Positions 13,801 through 26,620 of a stretch of 64,000 nucleotides of DNA are shown here, in pieces. The notes beneath the pieces were generated by a model. It was not told the origin of the DNA. It saw only the letters and a program-made list of their open reading frames with translations, and did no database searches. Origin of the DNA: Antedon mediterranea. Taxonomy: Eukaryota; Animalia; Echinodermata. Location: contig NC_092674.1 in the NCBI RefSeq assembly GCF_964355755.1, forward strand, positions 24,366,001 through 24,430,000. The letters run 5' to 3'. Position numbers and translations under genes: made by a program. Each line of letters opens with the position of its first letter. Position 1 is the first letter of the stretch.

Positions 13801-14977
13801 ATATTGTACTCGTTGGCCACGCGTTATGTAGGTGGAATATCAGATTGACTGTCAATGTGTAGAGTATGAGGTGAACCAGGGCATTATGTCGCTAGCTAAC
13901 TATTTGATTTATTCGGTCTAAAACATGGTCAATTAATTGGAAACGATAAATAAAAATTCAAAATTATTAATCAACATTATTGATTCGACATTCAGTTTTT
14001 ATCAGTTATTTCCGTTTTTAATTAATTTAATGAAATCTAATTTAAGATGAAAATGTTTTTAATACAAAACGTTAGATAACCTCCAATTGGCAAACACATA
14101 CACATTGTTTATAGGCTTGCCATGCTGGTGTCCTCGAGGTAAACTAACATTAATAACTAAATGCGTGTGGTCATATTCACGACAAATCCCTAAAACAAAC
14201 ACGTTTAATGTGATGTATGTAATAGCGTGGGAAAACCTACGCCATCTGATGAGTTTAGTAGACATACAGTCGGATTAGAAGGTTAATTGTTTTCTGTTAA
14301 TATGATAGCGCCCTTATCCTTATATTTGAATAATAATTTACAGAAATAGGCCTAAGAGCAAAATAAGAAAACAAACGAGCAACAGAGTCCGTTGGCGTTG
14401 GGAGAGGCGGGGGTGTAGGCCTATAGCTGTGAATTAATACAACTTCCTTATTGTAAAAAGTGTTTTTACTTTATGTGTATTTATTTGTTAAAATAAAATA
14501 AAGTATATTATTGTTTTGCATGACACATAAACACAAGTAGGCCTACATTTGCGGTATACCGTGTGACAAACAAAAGTAAGTAAAAGTTGAAAATGTTTCA
14601 ATGTTCCGCTATAACCGACTTCAGAAATCGGTACCACCTCAGACCATAATGATTACAAATATCATTATTTTAGACAAAACCCATACCTTTATTTAACATT
14701 CATTTATTATTATCAGGAGGCCAAAACTGATATAAGAATTTCATAAAAGTGTGACCCATATTTTAAATTAAAGTTCTTTATTACCATGTATTTATTCCAA
14801 TTACCTTGCTGTGTGTCGTCAAACAAACCACCGCCAAACAAAACTTCAATTTCAATCAATTTGCAAATCTTTCTCGGAAACAATTTGAGACAAATTAAAC
14901 CGTGTTTATATTATAATAATGAAATCTAGCGACTACATTCCTGTATACATTAAAGTAAAAAAATATATCAACAATTC

Positions 14978-17900
14978 CTAAATATGTGCGGCTGTACTGT
15001 TGACGTAACATGGAACCGTAAACGTGGATTGTGCCGTTATTAACTCAACGAGTGACGAGTACGTACAACAGCAGACAAGTATTACAGCCAGTACAATAAC
15101 TAGAAGATGCAATGCTGTCGAATCCGTGACGTAATTGCTGAAAGCGAAAATATCATACATAAATCAAATTTTATTTCATAGATTGTAATCAAAGGGTTTA
15201 TCTGTGGCTGCGACGATCAGTTCCACACCCCTTAACAGACACCGCGCGCCGCGTAGAATGTACATAGTACAGGGTACTCTGTACTGGTATTTGTCGCAGC
15301 CATTCATAAGATTAAAGGATTATTACGGCTTCCTATCTTGGCAAGGCGAGCTCAGTGTCGTGTTGTTAGATTGCCTTGCTGTGAGGGCTACGTACCGTTT
15401 GTTCATAAGATGTTTCAGGCATAAGAAGAAAACAGAGGGCGCTATAAAAGCACTTGGTATCCACAGGCAAGCACTAACAAGAGACAGCAATGGTCCAAAT
15501 TGTGGAACAGACTCAGCAAGAAACACATGTCCCGCCAAAATGCTGCTGCGTATAACCACAAGTTGCCATGAAAATCCTGTAACAAAAAATATATGTTTTA
15601 CCAGGGAACTCTCAGGACTTCTTTCTAACCGTCACAAACGTACTTAGTTTTAGGTAATTTTTCTCTAGAAAGTTTGTCTTTATTGTTTCTCATTTGGTCG
15701 AGTTTTCGTTCAAGTTGTTACTTGTCTACTACACTTTTTCCCAGGTGCCTATTTTACGATGTTTGTTCTACGTTACCACTGTCGAAAAATGTTCTCAATT
15801 ATCTTATTTCTAAATTTATAACCGGAGCTACCCTTTAAAATAACTTACTCTTGGGTATACCAGCTAGCTCTTCAATTTGCTGACAAAGTGGATTCAGTGT
15901 AAATATATATGACATCATAAAATGAACTGCAAGCCCTATACCGGCTATACTTTTGATTGGTCCGTCTGATAATACAAGTAGCAAGTTGTCCGAATCTGGA
16001 GTGTAGACAGCGCCTCCGAGAAAATAATAGCTAGAATATACTGGTGAACACAGCAAAACAAGTATACCTGAAATATAACATTAAGCTCTGTTTACACTAT
16101 CACACTAAGTGTGATGTGCCCGAATATCGTATTGATATATCATCAAGTTCATATTATGGGTACATCATAAAGTGTGATACTGTAGTGTAGACAGAGCTTA
16201 GATACTTTACGAAACACGACGGAAACTGGGTGGTGACTATGCGTGTGAGGTATCAAGACGTTGCTTCATAAATACACAATATTATTTTAATAATTTTTTC
16301 TGTGGGCCATAGAGAGGCCAGGTGTTTAAAGTTAAAAATAATGTGCTTTAAGATATTGGAAAAAAACAAATTTTATTAATTTTCTGGACAAAAAATATTT
16401 CTTTCGGTTTTGTTTAGTTACCATTTGTCAGACACGGCACGCGTCAAGTCCCAGCTTAACCCTTCCTTATGCTTGGTTCTCACTAGAGACACAACGACAC
16501 AATAAAAGCGCAACGTGAGTGACTCTTGGCCAATCACAATAATGGTCCACTCACTTGCGTTGCTTCTACCTCGTTGCGTTATAACATCTATAATGGAAAC
16601 AAGCTATATTGAGTGAAGCGGATTTACATTCACTGTTCCATCCGTAACAATTACTATTAGGGTAGGTTACTCATCTTACCAAGAAAGGCGATGGTTAAGC
16701 TGTAGTTGAACTTGGCTGGCTGCCTCATGCAGTTTTGATACAGCGGGTAGCAAGCGTGACCAGAAGTGCTAAAACCGATGGTGGCCCATGCAATTGTTAA
16801 GCTAGAAAATGTCACGACGGGTTGTTCCTTTCGTAAACTATCATCGACCGTTCGGCCATCTCGGATGATTTGAGTCATTAATAAACTGAACATGACTAAT
16901 GATGTTGAGAAAGATACTACAGCACAGAATCTATAGTAGAAAACACGATTTGGTTAAACTCATATACACGGGCTTACAATGCGATGATTTTGAACCTCGG
17001 GACCCGCAGTGACTTGTTTTTAAATATGTGTTTCTATACAGTAAAGTTGAAGTAGAATTGGGCTATAATACCTTTACATTGGCACGGTGACCAACGCCAT
17101 ACCTGTTCCACCCAAAACCAACATGTAATAACATGATTATGAGATCATATTCCGAATATGAGCACTGTTTCAATAATTTAAAAGTATGATTTTTATGTAA
17201 TAACAATATACGATTGATCTATACCTAGCTATGCCGCACTTTGTAAAAAAGTTTACGAAGTAGGCCTACCTTCCCATTATTTTGTTTCCAGTACACAATC
17301 CCTATGTTACCGTTTGGTTCTCTATAATGACTATGCGTGTAATATTAATAGTTCAAAATACACGGCAGGGTAGTACGTCTACGGATTGTATGTCTAACAT
17401 ACAACGAGCTTGGTTCCCACTCCATGCAATAACGTAAAACGCAACGCAAGTATTGCCTTGATTTGACCGATCACAAGCGTTGGATCATCCGAACAGCTGT
17501 CGCTTGCGATTGGTCAACTCACTTGCATTGCAAGTACGCTCCTACGTTGCGTCCAAATAGTATACAAGCATAATAAAAAATAAGTACATGCTAAATATTT
17601 ATGTACAGAAAGCCCCAAATCAATTATTTAATTGTCACGAAAACTGCATCTGTAGATAATAATCCGTAACATGTGCACCATTTTGATTTGATTCGGCTTA
17701 ATCTAGGTCTGATTCATTTACAAGGGTCTTTTTCTCTAGAAAGAGGCGTCTTTTCCAACTCGGGGGGCTTTTGGACACCGCGAGGTTCGTACCGATATCG
17801 AATGTAGTGACATACTATAGCTTATCTGTGTAGAGCAAAATTGAAAATCAGATCTCTGCGGGACCCGAGGTTCATATAACATTATATAGGCCTATTGTGC

Positions 17901-20900
17901 AAGCATGAGTCTTTTTTTTTTTACAACACAATCCCTCAGACGTTAGATTGTATTCCATGTAGAGATATTGTACAGTAAAAGCATATACATACTGTGTTTC
18001 AACTGGTGTCTTAAGAAGTACTATGGGAAACAAAATCAACGCCACTATGGGAACCCAACTGCAGAAGCTGACGTCAAACCACTGAACCGTGATCAACCGA
18101 ACATTATCACATATCAAAAGAAATGTTACCAATGAAACGGCAAAGTACATTACTATACAAAGGACATGCATCACTCGTCTAAAAAAATACAATTATGTAT
18201 ATTATTAGTAAGGTGATGGCGATAGTTACAATCCGTTATGCTTGATTATTAACGAATGACGTAATACATAAAACGGGCATAGATATATGATTGGGTAGAA
18301 GATTCGTACTCGGGGTCCAATGCGAGTTACGGAAGTCCAGTAAATACGTGCTATTGTATACTGTACGGTATGTTGTAAGTAAAGTACGAGTGACTCTATA
18401 CTGATTGTCGTACTTCTCGGCAGAAGGTTATTGACCGACGTCATAGTAAATAGGTATAATTGGTATTCTAAAAAACAATTTAACAATACTTGCTCTCCGT
18501 TTTTGCCGAATGTGACGTAACCAATAACCACGTATGGATGCCGAACCTGTTGTCGGTATTCCGGATACTTCTTGTGAATGATCATCCAGCATTTTGACAG
18601 TGTCAATGCAGTGAAATAACCAGTTAATACCAACACCGGCAGAGATATAATTCCGTACCAGCCTGAAAGAAATAATTGTTGTTGTTTTTATTATAAGTGC
18701 TGAATATTGTATCCTTTACAATCTTCACTGCATTTGTTAACCCCTTTTCCAACATGTAATAGGCCTACATGCAATATAACAAACCGTGTTGCATCAGTAA
18801 CTGGAACCAACATAAGTGAACAGAGCAAAACCGGAACCGATTCGGATCCTAATAATATATTAGGCCTACCTGATGCAAATATCACTTTGGGTAAAGCAAT
18901 CATTCCGGATCCGGCTACAAATCCTACCACATAGATAGTGGTTATTGTTATACTCATACCATCCTTGTTCCATAGTCTAGTAGGAAGGAGGGGTTACCGT
19001 GCACCCCCATGATGTATTTTTTTAATGTACATTTTTGTAATCCTGAATATATGTAATTAACATTTTTTGATGTTCCCAAGACGAAATATTGTCCCATGGG
19101 GTTTTTTGGGGGCCATTTTGGTGGCCATCTTGGATTTATCAAAATCATAAATATAGACGGTACTTGACAAAGACTGATCATAGAGGTCTGATTTTGGTCT
19201 TAAATAGTTCAGAATATGCACATTTCTATGTACTATAATGAAAAGTTTTTGTTCAAAATGGCCGTAAATGCCACTTTTGACCTTTGACCTTGTTTTTACA
19301 TAAGGGTCATATCTTGGTAACCCCTGGTCATAAAGATTTTATTTTTGTCTTAAATTGTTCAGAATATCCATATTTATATTCGCTTTAATGGAACATATTT
19401 TTGAAATTTGAAGGGAAATATAATTTTTGACCTTTGACATTATTGCATAACGATTTTCGCAATAATTTAGGTTATTTTTGTATTCGACCTATATCTTGAC
19501 AACGAGTAATCATAGAGGTTTGATTTTGGTCTTATATTGTTCAGAATATGCACTTTCCTATGTACTATAATAAAACATTTTCATACAAAATGACCGGAAA
19601 TACGACTTTTGACCTTTGACCTCGTTTTTACATAAGGGTCATATCTCGGTGACCAATGGTCATAACGATTTTATTTTTGTTTTAAATTGTTCGGAGTATC
19701 CATATTTATATTAGCTTTAATGAAACATATTTTTGAAATTTGATGGAAAATATCACTTTTGACCTTTGACATTATTTCCACCCGAGGGTCATATCTCGGT
19801 AACCCCTGGTCGTAAAGACTTTATTTTTGTCATAAATGGTTCAGAATATCCATATTTATATAAAATTTAATGAAACATATTTTTGAAATTTGATGGAAAA
19901 TATCACTTTTGACCTTTGACATTATTTCCACCCGAGGGTCATATCTCGGTAACCCCTGTTCGTAAAGACTTTATTTTTGTCATAAATTGTTCAGAATATC
20001 CATATTTATATAAGATTTAATGAAACATATTTTTGAAAGTTGGCAGGAAATACAACTTTTGACCTTTTACCTTGTTTCCACCCGAGGGTCATATCTCGGT
20101 AACCCCTGGTAATAAAGACTTTATTTTTGTCATAAATTGTTCAGAATATCCAGGAGTGAGGACCTCAATTTTCACAGAATTCTTATATAGTAAGAATGTT
20201 TCTGTTTTCAAAATAAAACTATGTATATGTAGGTCTACATAACTACTCATTCAAAACCCATTTATCAAGTTACTGCAATAGATGTTCAGTCATCGTCCAC
20301 CTCAAATTCAATTTCTTGTTCATCATCTTCATACTCTTTCAACTCCATGGTCGTTTTCTCAACTAGATCAATAAGATGGGCTGAAAGAATAGGACTGCAT
20401 GACCAGACTGTCCTGTCACCATGCCCTTGTAGTTCATTCATACTAGTGTGATATCTTGTTTTAATGATTAAATGACAGTTTGGCACGCCCTACATCAGGA
20501 CATTTCCAAATAAGAGGAAGTGCCTTCATCTAACCCTCTAAGGTCAAATGTATAGAGGACATATTCCTGATCAACTTCATGATATACAAATTTATGTTTC
20601 TGTCAAGCCCCGTCAGACTGAGATTCTGACCGCCGTAAAACGTTTAGAAGCATGCACTGCTGAGATTAGGACATGGAGGGGCTTAAACTTCCTCAAGCTT
20701 AATGAAAAGACCGAGGCAATCGTATTTGGAGTGGATTTGCGTGTTCAATTTAAGATCCTGCTGGTGCTCCGATGCATAAATAGTTGCGCTCTCAAATACC
20801 TCTCAGAATGATCGACAATCAATAAGAGAAAGCGAGAACTAAGATCTAGTCATCAGGTGCCACTGGACATTCAGAGGCGCAAACATAGTTGGGGAGACCG

Positions 20901-23900
20901 GACTTTCAGTATTGCTGGACCTACAGTAGGTTCTGGAACCACATATCTTTGAACATTAAACAAACATCATTATTGAGCACCTTTAAGCCACTACTCAAAA
21001 CTCACATTTTCTGATATTTTTGGTAGCACCCCATGAGCAATGACTGTTGGAATGGCTGTAGTAAATGGCTGTAGACAGGCAGCCCAGATACATTTGGTTA
21101 GATGAGCTAGGTACCAATATCTGACTATTTAAGTGTGTTAATTGGAGGTCACTTGAAGTCAATGTAAATGGAAGTCTGCCGGGTACCCCCTGCTGCGTCT
21201 ATACCGGGGGACACAAAAGGTGCTAACAAATCGGCACCAATTAGATGAGATAGATACCACCTAATTTCACCACTATGGGATGCCCATTTGCATCCTATAT
21301 ACCAATATCATATCACCAAACATTTTGTCCTCTGCAATAGGCCCACCAGACCCTCCCCCCACCCCGAGGGAGGGCCTACAAATGGTGATAGCATAGCTGA
21401 GTGAGGTACCACTCAAAATTAATGCCAAATGAACAAGTTGTGTTCATACAATACTAAATGGGTAACGCCAGACTAATTGTCTGCTGCACCGCAAGTGCCA
21501 GACACCCTAAAGTTCGACTAGAGAACCCCCTTCCCACAAATGGCCTAGATTAGATATTGTAGATACCACCAGCAGCCAATGTTATATGATTTAGCACATT
21601 GTAAGAAATACCAAATGACCTATTACAGACTATCTGTACACTGCCTTGGCCCTGGCAGACCCCTCTAAAGTTCAACTAGAGACCCCCCTTCCCAAAAATG
21701 GCCTAGATTAGATATTGTAGATACCACCAGTAGCCAATGTTATATGATTTAGCACATAGTAAGAAATACCAAATGACCTATTACAGACTATCTGTACACT
21801 GCCTTGGCCCTGGCAGACCCCTCTAAAGTTCGACTAACGACCCCCTTCTCCCAACTAGCCTAGCTTAGATATTGTAGATATCACCAGCAATCAATGCCAA
21901 CATTAAAAGTCTTTCGGAGATTATGGCCTTGTGAGAAACACTCATTCACTAAATATAAAAATTTGGGTCCGATATTGGTCTTTACGTTCTTGCTGTGAAC
22001 CAAATGATGTTTCTGTTTCGGGTTTTCTTTTTGTTTGCTTGTTCAGGTGTAGCTCATGTTCATATCCATTATTTCTAAGTGCTTCTTGGTACTGAGGTAT
22101 TGCTGCATTAAACAAATTTTCATCGGATGAGATGTTTGAGAGTCGTTTATTTATTGCTAGTGGTATATTGCGTAATTGGTGGCCGATGATTACTTTCACG
22201 ATGTACATATAATGGCGTATTGTTTGGTTTGGTGTATATGGGTGGAAGGTACCTGTCCTCAGATCGAGTGTTATGTCAAGAATACCATCCACCTGTAAAA
22301 TACAATTATCCCCTTTTCTTTCCCTAAATTTTCCATTATTTAATGAAGAATAGAATTTGATTAGAATGTATTTTTGTAGCCGTCTATCAGTACTGTTTCC
22401 AAAATAAATTAAGATTATGATGATGTTGACATTAATTTTGTTATTGTCTCTTCCAATTGGACAATAAACACATTCTATTGGATAAAAGTTGTTTGCAGAC
22501 CTAAAAGTAGCCACCTTTAATTATGAATAATTATGTAATGAAACGTGTTATCAGACACTTTTTTTTAATTATTTATCAGATACTTTTTTCTAATTTGAGA
22601 ATTGTTAAGAATTCTCGCATTATATGTAAATTATATTTAAATAGGGGTCAAAGGTAAAAAATGACATTTATTGTCGGTTTTTGAGGATAAATCCTCATTA
22701 GAGTGGATAGCATGTATATTCAAAAGTTTTTTATAAAGTCTGTAATTTTCCCTTTTTCTCAGCATGTTGTTATTTTATTTACATCTTTTAAATTTATTTT
22801 TACTTTAAAACAGAAAAAATTCTTACTGTATGAGAATTCTGTGGAAGGTGTTAAATGTGACAATTGATAGTAACATTTATAATCATTGTTTTAAATAAAT
22901 ATTCATTAGAGTGGATAGAAATATGTATGTTTTGAACAATCTTAGACAAAAAATATTTGTTACCGAGATATGGCCCTCACGTGAAAACAAGGTCAAAAGT
23001 TGTATTTCATTAAATGTTATATAAATATGGATATTCTAAACAATTTATGACAAAAATAAAGTCTTTATGACCAGGGGTTACCGAGATATGACCCTCGGGT
23101 GGAAACAAGGTAAAAGGTCAAAAGTTTTATTTCCTGCCAACTTTCAAAAATATGTTTCATTAAATCTTATATAAATATGGATATTCTGAACAATTTATGA
23201 CAAAAAAATAAAGTCTTTATGACCAGGGGTTACCGAGATATGACCCTCGGGTGGAAATAATGTCAAAGGTCAAAAGTGATATTTTCCATCAAATTTCAAA
23301 AATATGTTTCATTAAATCTTATATAAATATGGATATTCTGAACAATTTATGACAAAAATAAAGTCTTTACGACCAGGGGTTACCGAGATATGACCCTCGG
23401 GTGGAAATAATGTCAAAGGTCAAAAGTGATATTTTCCATCAAATTTCAAAAATATGTTTCATTAAAGCTAATATAAATATGGATACTCCGAACAATTTAA
23501 AACAAAAATAAAATCGTTATGACCATTTGTTACCGAGATATGACCCTTATGTAAAAACGAGGTCGAAGGTCAAAAGTCGTATTTCCGGTCATTTTGTATG
23601 AAAATGTTTTATTATAGTACATAGGAAAGTGCATATTCTGAACAATATAAGACCAAAATCAAACCTCTATGATCACTCGTTGTCAAGATATAGGTCGAAT
23701 ACAAAAATAACCTAAATTATTGCGAAAATCGTTATGCAATAATGTCAAAGGTCAAAAATGATATTTCCCTTCAAATTTCAAAAATATGTTCCATTAAAGC
23801 GAATATAAATATGGATATTCTGAACAATTTAAGACAAAAATAAAATCTTTATGACCAGGGGTTACCAAGATATGACCGTTATGTAAAAACAAGGTCAAAG

Positions 23901-25112
23901 GTCAAAAGTGGCATTTACGGCCATTTTTAACAAAAACTTTTCATTATAGTACATAGAAATGTGCATATTCTGAACAATTTAAGACCAAAATCAGACCTCT
24001 ATGATCAGTCTTCGTCAAGTACCGTCTATATTTATGATTTTGATAAATCCAAGATGGCCACCAAAATGGCCCCCAAAAAACCCCATGGGACAATATTTCG
24101 TCTTGGGAACATCAAAAAATGTTAATTACATATATTCAGGATTACAAAAATGTACATTAAAAAAATACATCATGGGGGTGCACGGTAACCCCTCCTTCCT
24201 ACCCTACTACCATGCCTTATCATTCTAGTATAATACAACAATTTTAAATTAGGCCCGAAAGGTTAGAGCTACATTCAGACGGCGCCATTCAACAATTATA
24301 CAATTTTTAGCGCCTTTTCCGTTTCGTAAACCATGGAAAAATAAGTATGTAAAACGGATCAAAATATAAATGTGCTCAATTCGAAGCCTCGTGTCCTCAT
24401 GATCCCGATACCAACGTCAATTTGGTCAAGGAGTTTTAACTCCTTGGTTTGTGGCCAGCATGGAAGAACACAGAGAGTATAGATTTTTTAAATGTGTATG
24501 CTGTAATTATTAACAGTTAGTTAATTATCATACAATAGTTGGCAATGATAAGTAGGAAGATCAGAATTCCCCCTGTAACGTTCTGTTCTTTGTACAGGTT
24601 TTGTTTTAAAATAATAATACTGAAAATCGTATTTGATATAATGTATACTGATTTCATTTATCAGTGGAAATCATCATTATTTGTCATTTGCATAATATGC
24701 TTAGAAGGCCCCGAGTCATTCCCAGGCGTACAATAATATACAGTGAAGTTGCTGAACCGAATGTTTGTACGAGATATTATGGACCAATTTTAAAGGATTG
24801 GTTGGTAGGCCCGTTTCATTTCAGGTAGGTATTTACGAAAACGAACATGTATTTATGAACAATTGCGAAATAAAAACGTTAGCTCCAAAATAGTGTTTTT
24901 AACGTTAATTTGTTCTTATTGAGAGTGGAATTGTTAGCCCATTTAGATTGAATACATTGAAGCCTACTTACTTGTAGGCCTGCCGTCTCTTCCCTTTCCA
25001 ACAAACATTGAGTTTCACCATTGTCCATAGAATTCCCACTGTCCATTGAACACTTCATAGATTCAGAGCCTGTAGATAAAGATCCAATTGAGATATCGCC
25101 ATTTTTTAACAT
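14978..25112 (-). CDS. Amino-acid transporter, Aa_trans/AAAP (SLC32/36/38-related, AVT1/ANTL1-like), ~473 aa when the exon-2 insertion is removed; this allele is transposon-disrupted
   Basis: Phase-consistent exons: 25112-24972, 24224-24210 + 18969-18870 (split exon 2), 18662-18494, 18178-17993, 16930-16680, 16067-15849, 15576-15396, 15137-14978 (TAG), totalling 1422 nt. Motifs: YVVGFVAGSGMIALP (TM1), KCWMIIHKKYPEYRQQVRHPYVVIG, LLKTP, FSTSGHACYPLYQNCMRQPAKF, LAESVPQFGPLLSLV. Confidence 0.88.
16084..16198. mobile_element. PIF/Harbinger-like MITE family B (AGCTCTGTCTACACTATC TIR)
   Basis: AGCTCTGTTTACACTA...TAGTGTAGACAGAGCT with TWA flanks. Further copies at about 34312-34450, 35583-35687, 38006-38130, 38229-38380, 43595-43681, 50398-50590 and 53585-53860. 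Confidence 0.8.
20570..21012 (+). mobile_element. LINE (L2/CR1-group) reverse transcriptase C-terminal fragment nested in the foldback element
   Basis: DIQIYVSVKP...AVKRLEACTAEIRTW..LNFLKLNEKTEAIVFG, followed by degenerate L2-like C-terminal motifs (GDRTFSIAGP, FKPLLKTHIF). Confidence 0.7.
21500..21890. repeat. ~168-bp tandem repeat (~2.3 copies) inside the foldback element
   Basis: AAAGTTC[GA]ACTAGAGA...TGGCCTAGATTAGATATTGTAGATACCACCAG repeats at about 21509, 21667 and 21825. Confidence 0.85.
21942..22295 (-). mobile_element. Penelope-like element RT fragment nested in the foldback element
   Basis: ILDITLDLRTGTFHPY...NIPLAINKRLSNISSDENLFNAAIPQYQEALRNNGY resembles the thumb region of Penelope-like RTs; it is frameshifted. 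Confidence 0.7.
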
Positions 25113-25919
25113 CCCGAAGTATTAAAATAATCAGAGCACTTCAGACTATCATATGTGCATGTTACCGCTAATTTTAATTAAAGAAAAATGACGTGATATA
25201 TTAATGATTTACGACTTTCGTGGAATATATACTGGTTGTCGGCAAAGTTGATGGGATGGGTTTTTTCCATACGTTTTATTTATTACAGAAACGTACAGCA
25301 TTGAGGGCCAAACCCATAACGTGTAATTATTAAGGCCTATTCTTAAATTAGATTTTTGTTTTGTTTTTTATAGATGCTTTATTGGATTAAGACACTCATA
25401 ATTATTATATAGTTGGTATGGAGTACTGAGATACATTTTGATAAATAACACTACTTGTTTTATTTAAAGTAGGGCCTAATATTCTCATTTTATTTTGACG
25501 CTTGCAGTTGTAGTTACTGTCGTGAGTAATGCAATGCATGACTATTTGAATACCCGGTGCAAGTTTTTGTAAATTCATTTCATGCATTCAATCTTTATTT
25601 CGGAATCTAGTCAGTAGAAAATAACACTACGAAAATATAAATCGTGGGTTTTTGTTTTTTACGTTTTCCAATAAAAATACTATTAATTACTACCTTTTTA
25701 AGGCCTCCTCAATTTTAAAACAATGAGTGTGATTTCTATGAGTAATTGTTCACAAATGTTTAGGAGTTGTTTTATTTCAAGAATAAACTTATTTTATGGG
25801 TATATTATTATATCACTCAACGGGCTATAAAAGCTAATTACTCAATAAATCTATTACATTATCTAGTTGAAGGGTTTTACCCTTTTATCTTGGAATAAGC
25901 AAATACAATATTGTGCTGT

Positions 25920-26022
25920 GTTTTTAGTCTCGTGCAACGCGACTCTACAGCTCACTATGTCGGTCGGTTGGTCGGTAAACACTAACTTGAGCACACGACT
26001 GCAGCCATGTATATGGCCTTGT
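25920..26022 (+). mobile_element. Short DINE/Helentron-like non-autonomous element
   Basis: TTTTTAGTCTCGTG...(GTCG)n microsatellite...CACACGACT subterminal inverted repeat, GCCATGTATATGGC 3' hairpin, ends CTTGTT. Confidence 0.55.
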
Positions 26023-26620
26023 TTACCTCTACCAAGGAGGTATATATAATCGATCGCGGGTGTCTGTCTTTTTGTTAGCAGGTTTACACAAAAAGTTATT
26101 GCAAGATCTTTACCAAAATGAAAATATAGATATGTGGTCAAGGATCACTCCATTAAATTTTAGAGGCAATCCGGACCACGGTCCCAATTCTGGACCACTT
26201 TTTAGTATTATCTTCAGACCTTAAAGATAGACAGCATTTTTAAAAGCCGGCATTGCATTTTCTCGAGAACTTCGTGTCCAAAAAAACTTCATTTTCTACA
26301 AGAGACAAAGAGTTTTAATTTGTGATTTGTAATTCTAAAATTTAATTTAATTTAATTTAATATACAGGGTTTTTGATAAAGTAGTTTAAAAAAAAAAAAA
26401 AATATTTCTTTTCAAAACGTTTTTGCCGTTCATGTCCTATTGTTAGTAAACTAAAGCTATTGTTAATTGATAGGCTTGTTACATAACCATTACACCAAAC
26501 TCGCATACACATGCTTGAAGTGAAATTAACTTAATCACACACAGCATTAAGACACAAACACACACCAATATATTTTTCAGTAGGCGGAGGTATGCACTCT
26601 CAAGAGTGGCTTTCTAGTTT
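26022..26620 (+). mobile_element. DINE/Helentron-like non-autonomous element
   Basis: 5' TTTACCTCTACCAAGGAGG; 3' TAGGCGGAGGTA (subterminal inverted repeat), CACTCTCAAGAGTG hairpin, CTAGTT end. Confidence 0.6.

Larger units (their letters stand above)
18973..24209. mobile_element. Foldback-like non-autonomous DNA transposon, Academ-like, with ~1.2-kb subrepeated TIRs
   Basis: Termini TAGT...ACTA and 3-bp TSD CCA (18970-18972, 24210-24212). About 18973-20150 is a near-perfect reverse complement of about 23020-24209, built from ~128-bp subrepeats. A possible transposase C-terminal remnant lies at 20286-20420 (-) (VWSCSPILSAHLIDL...EYEDDEQEIEFEVDDD*). Confidence 0.88.

Noticed and set aside
13213-13848. 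Overlapping ORFs (MVPGLHQGTWSTPG repeats)
   Set aside because: Stop-free reading of a 19-bp minisatellite, with no splice context or protein motifs.
24001-24228. Twin ORFs MISL...WPPKWPPKNP (also 18954-19181, -)
   Set aside because: They are the two arms of the transposon TIR, not duplicated genes.
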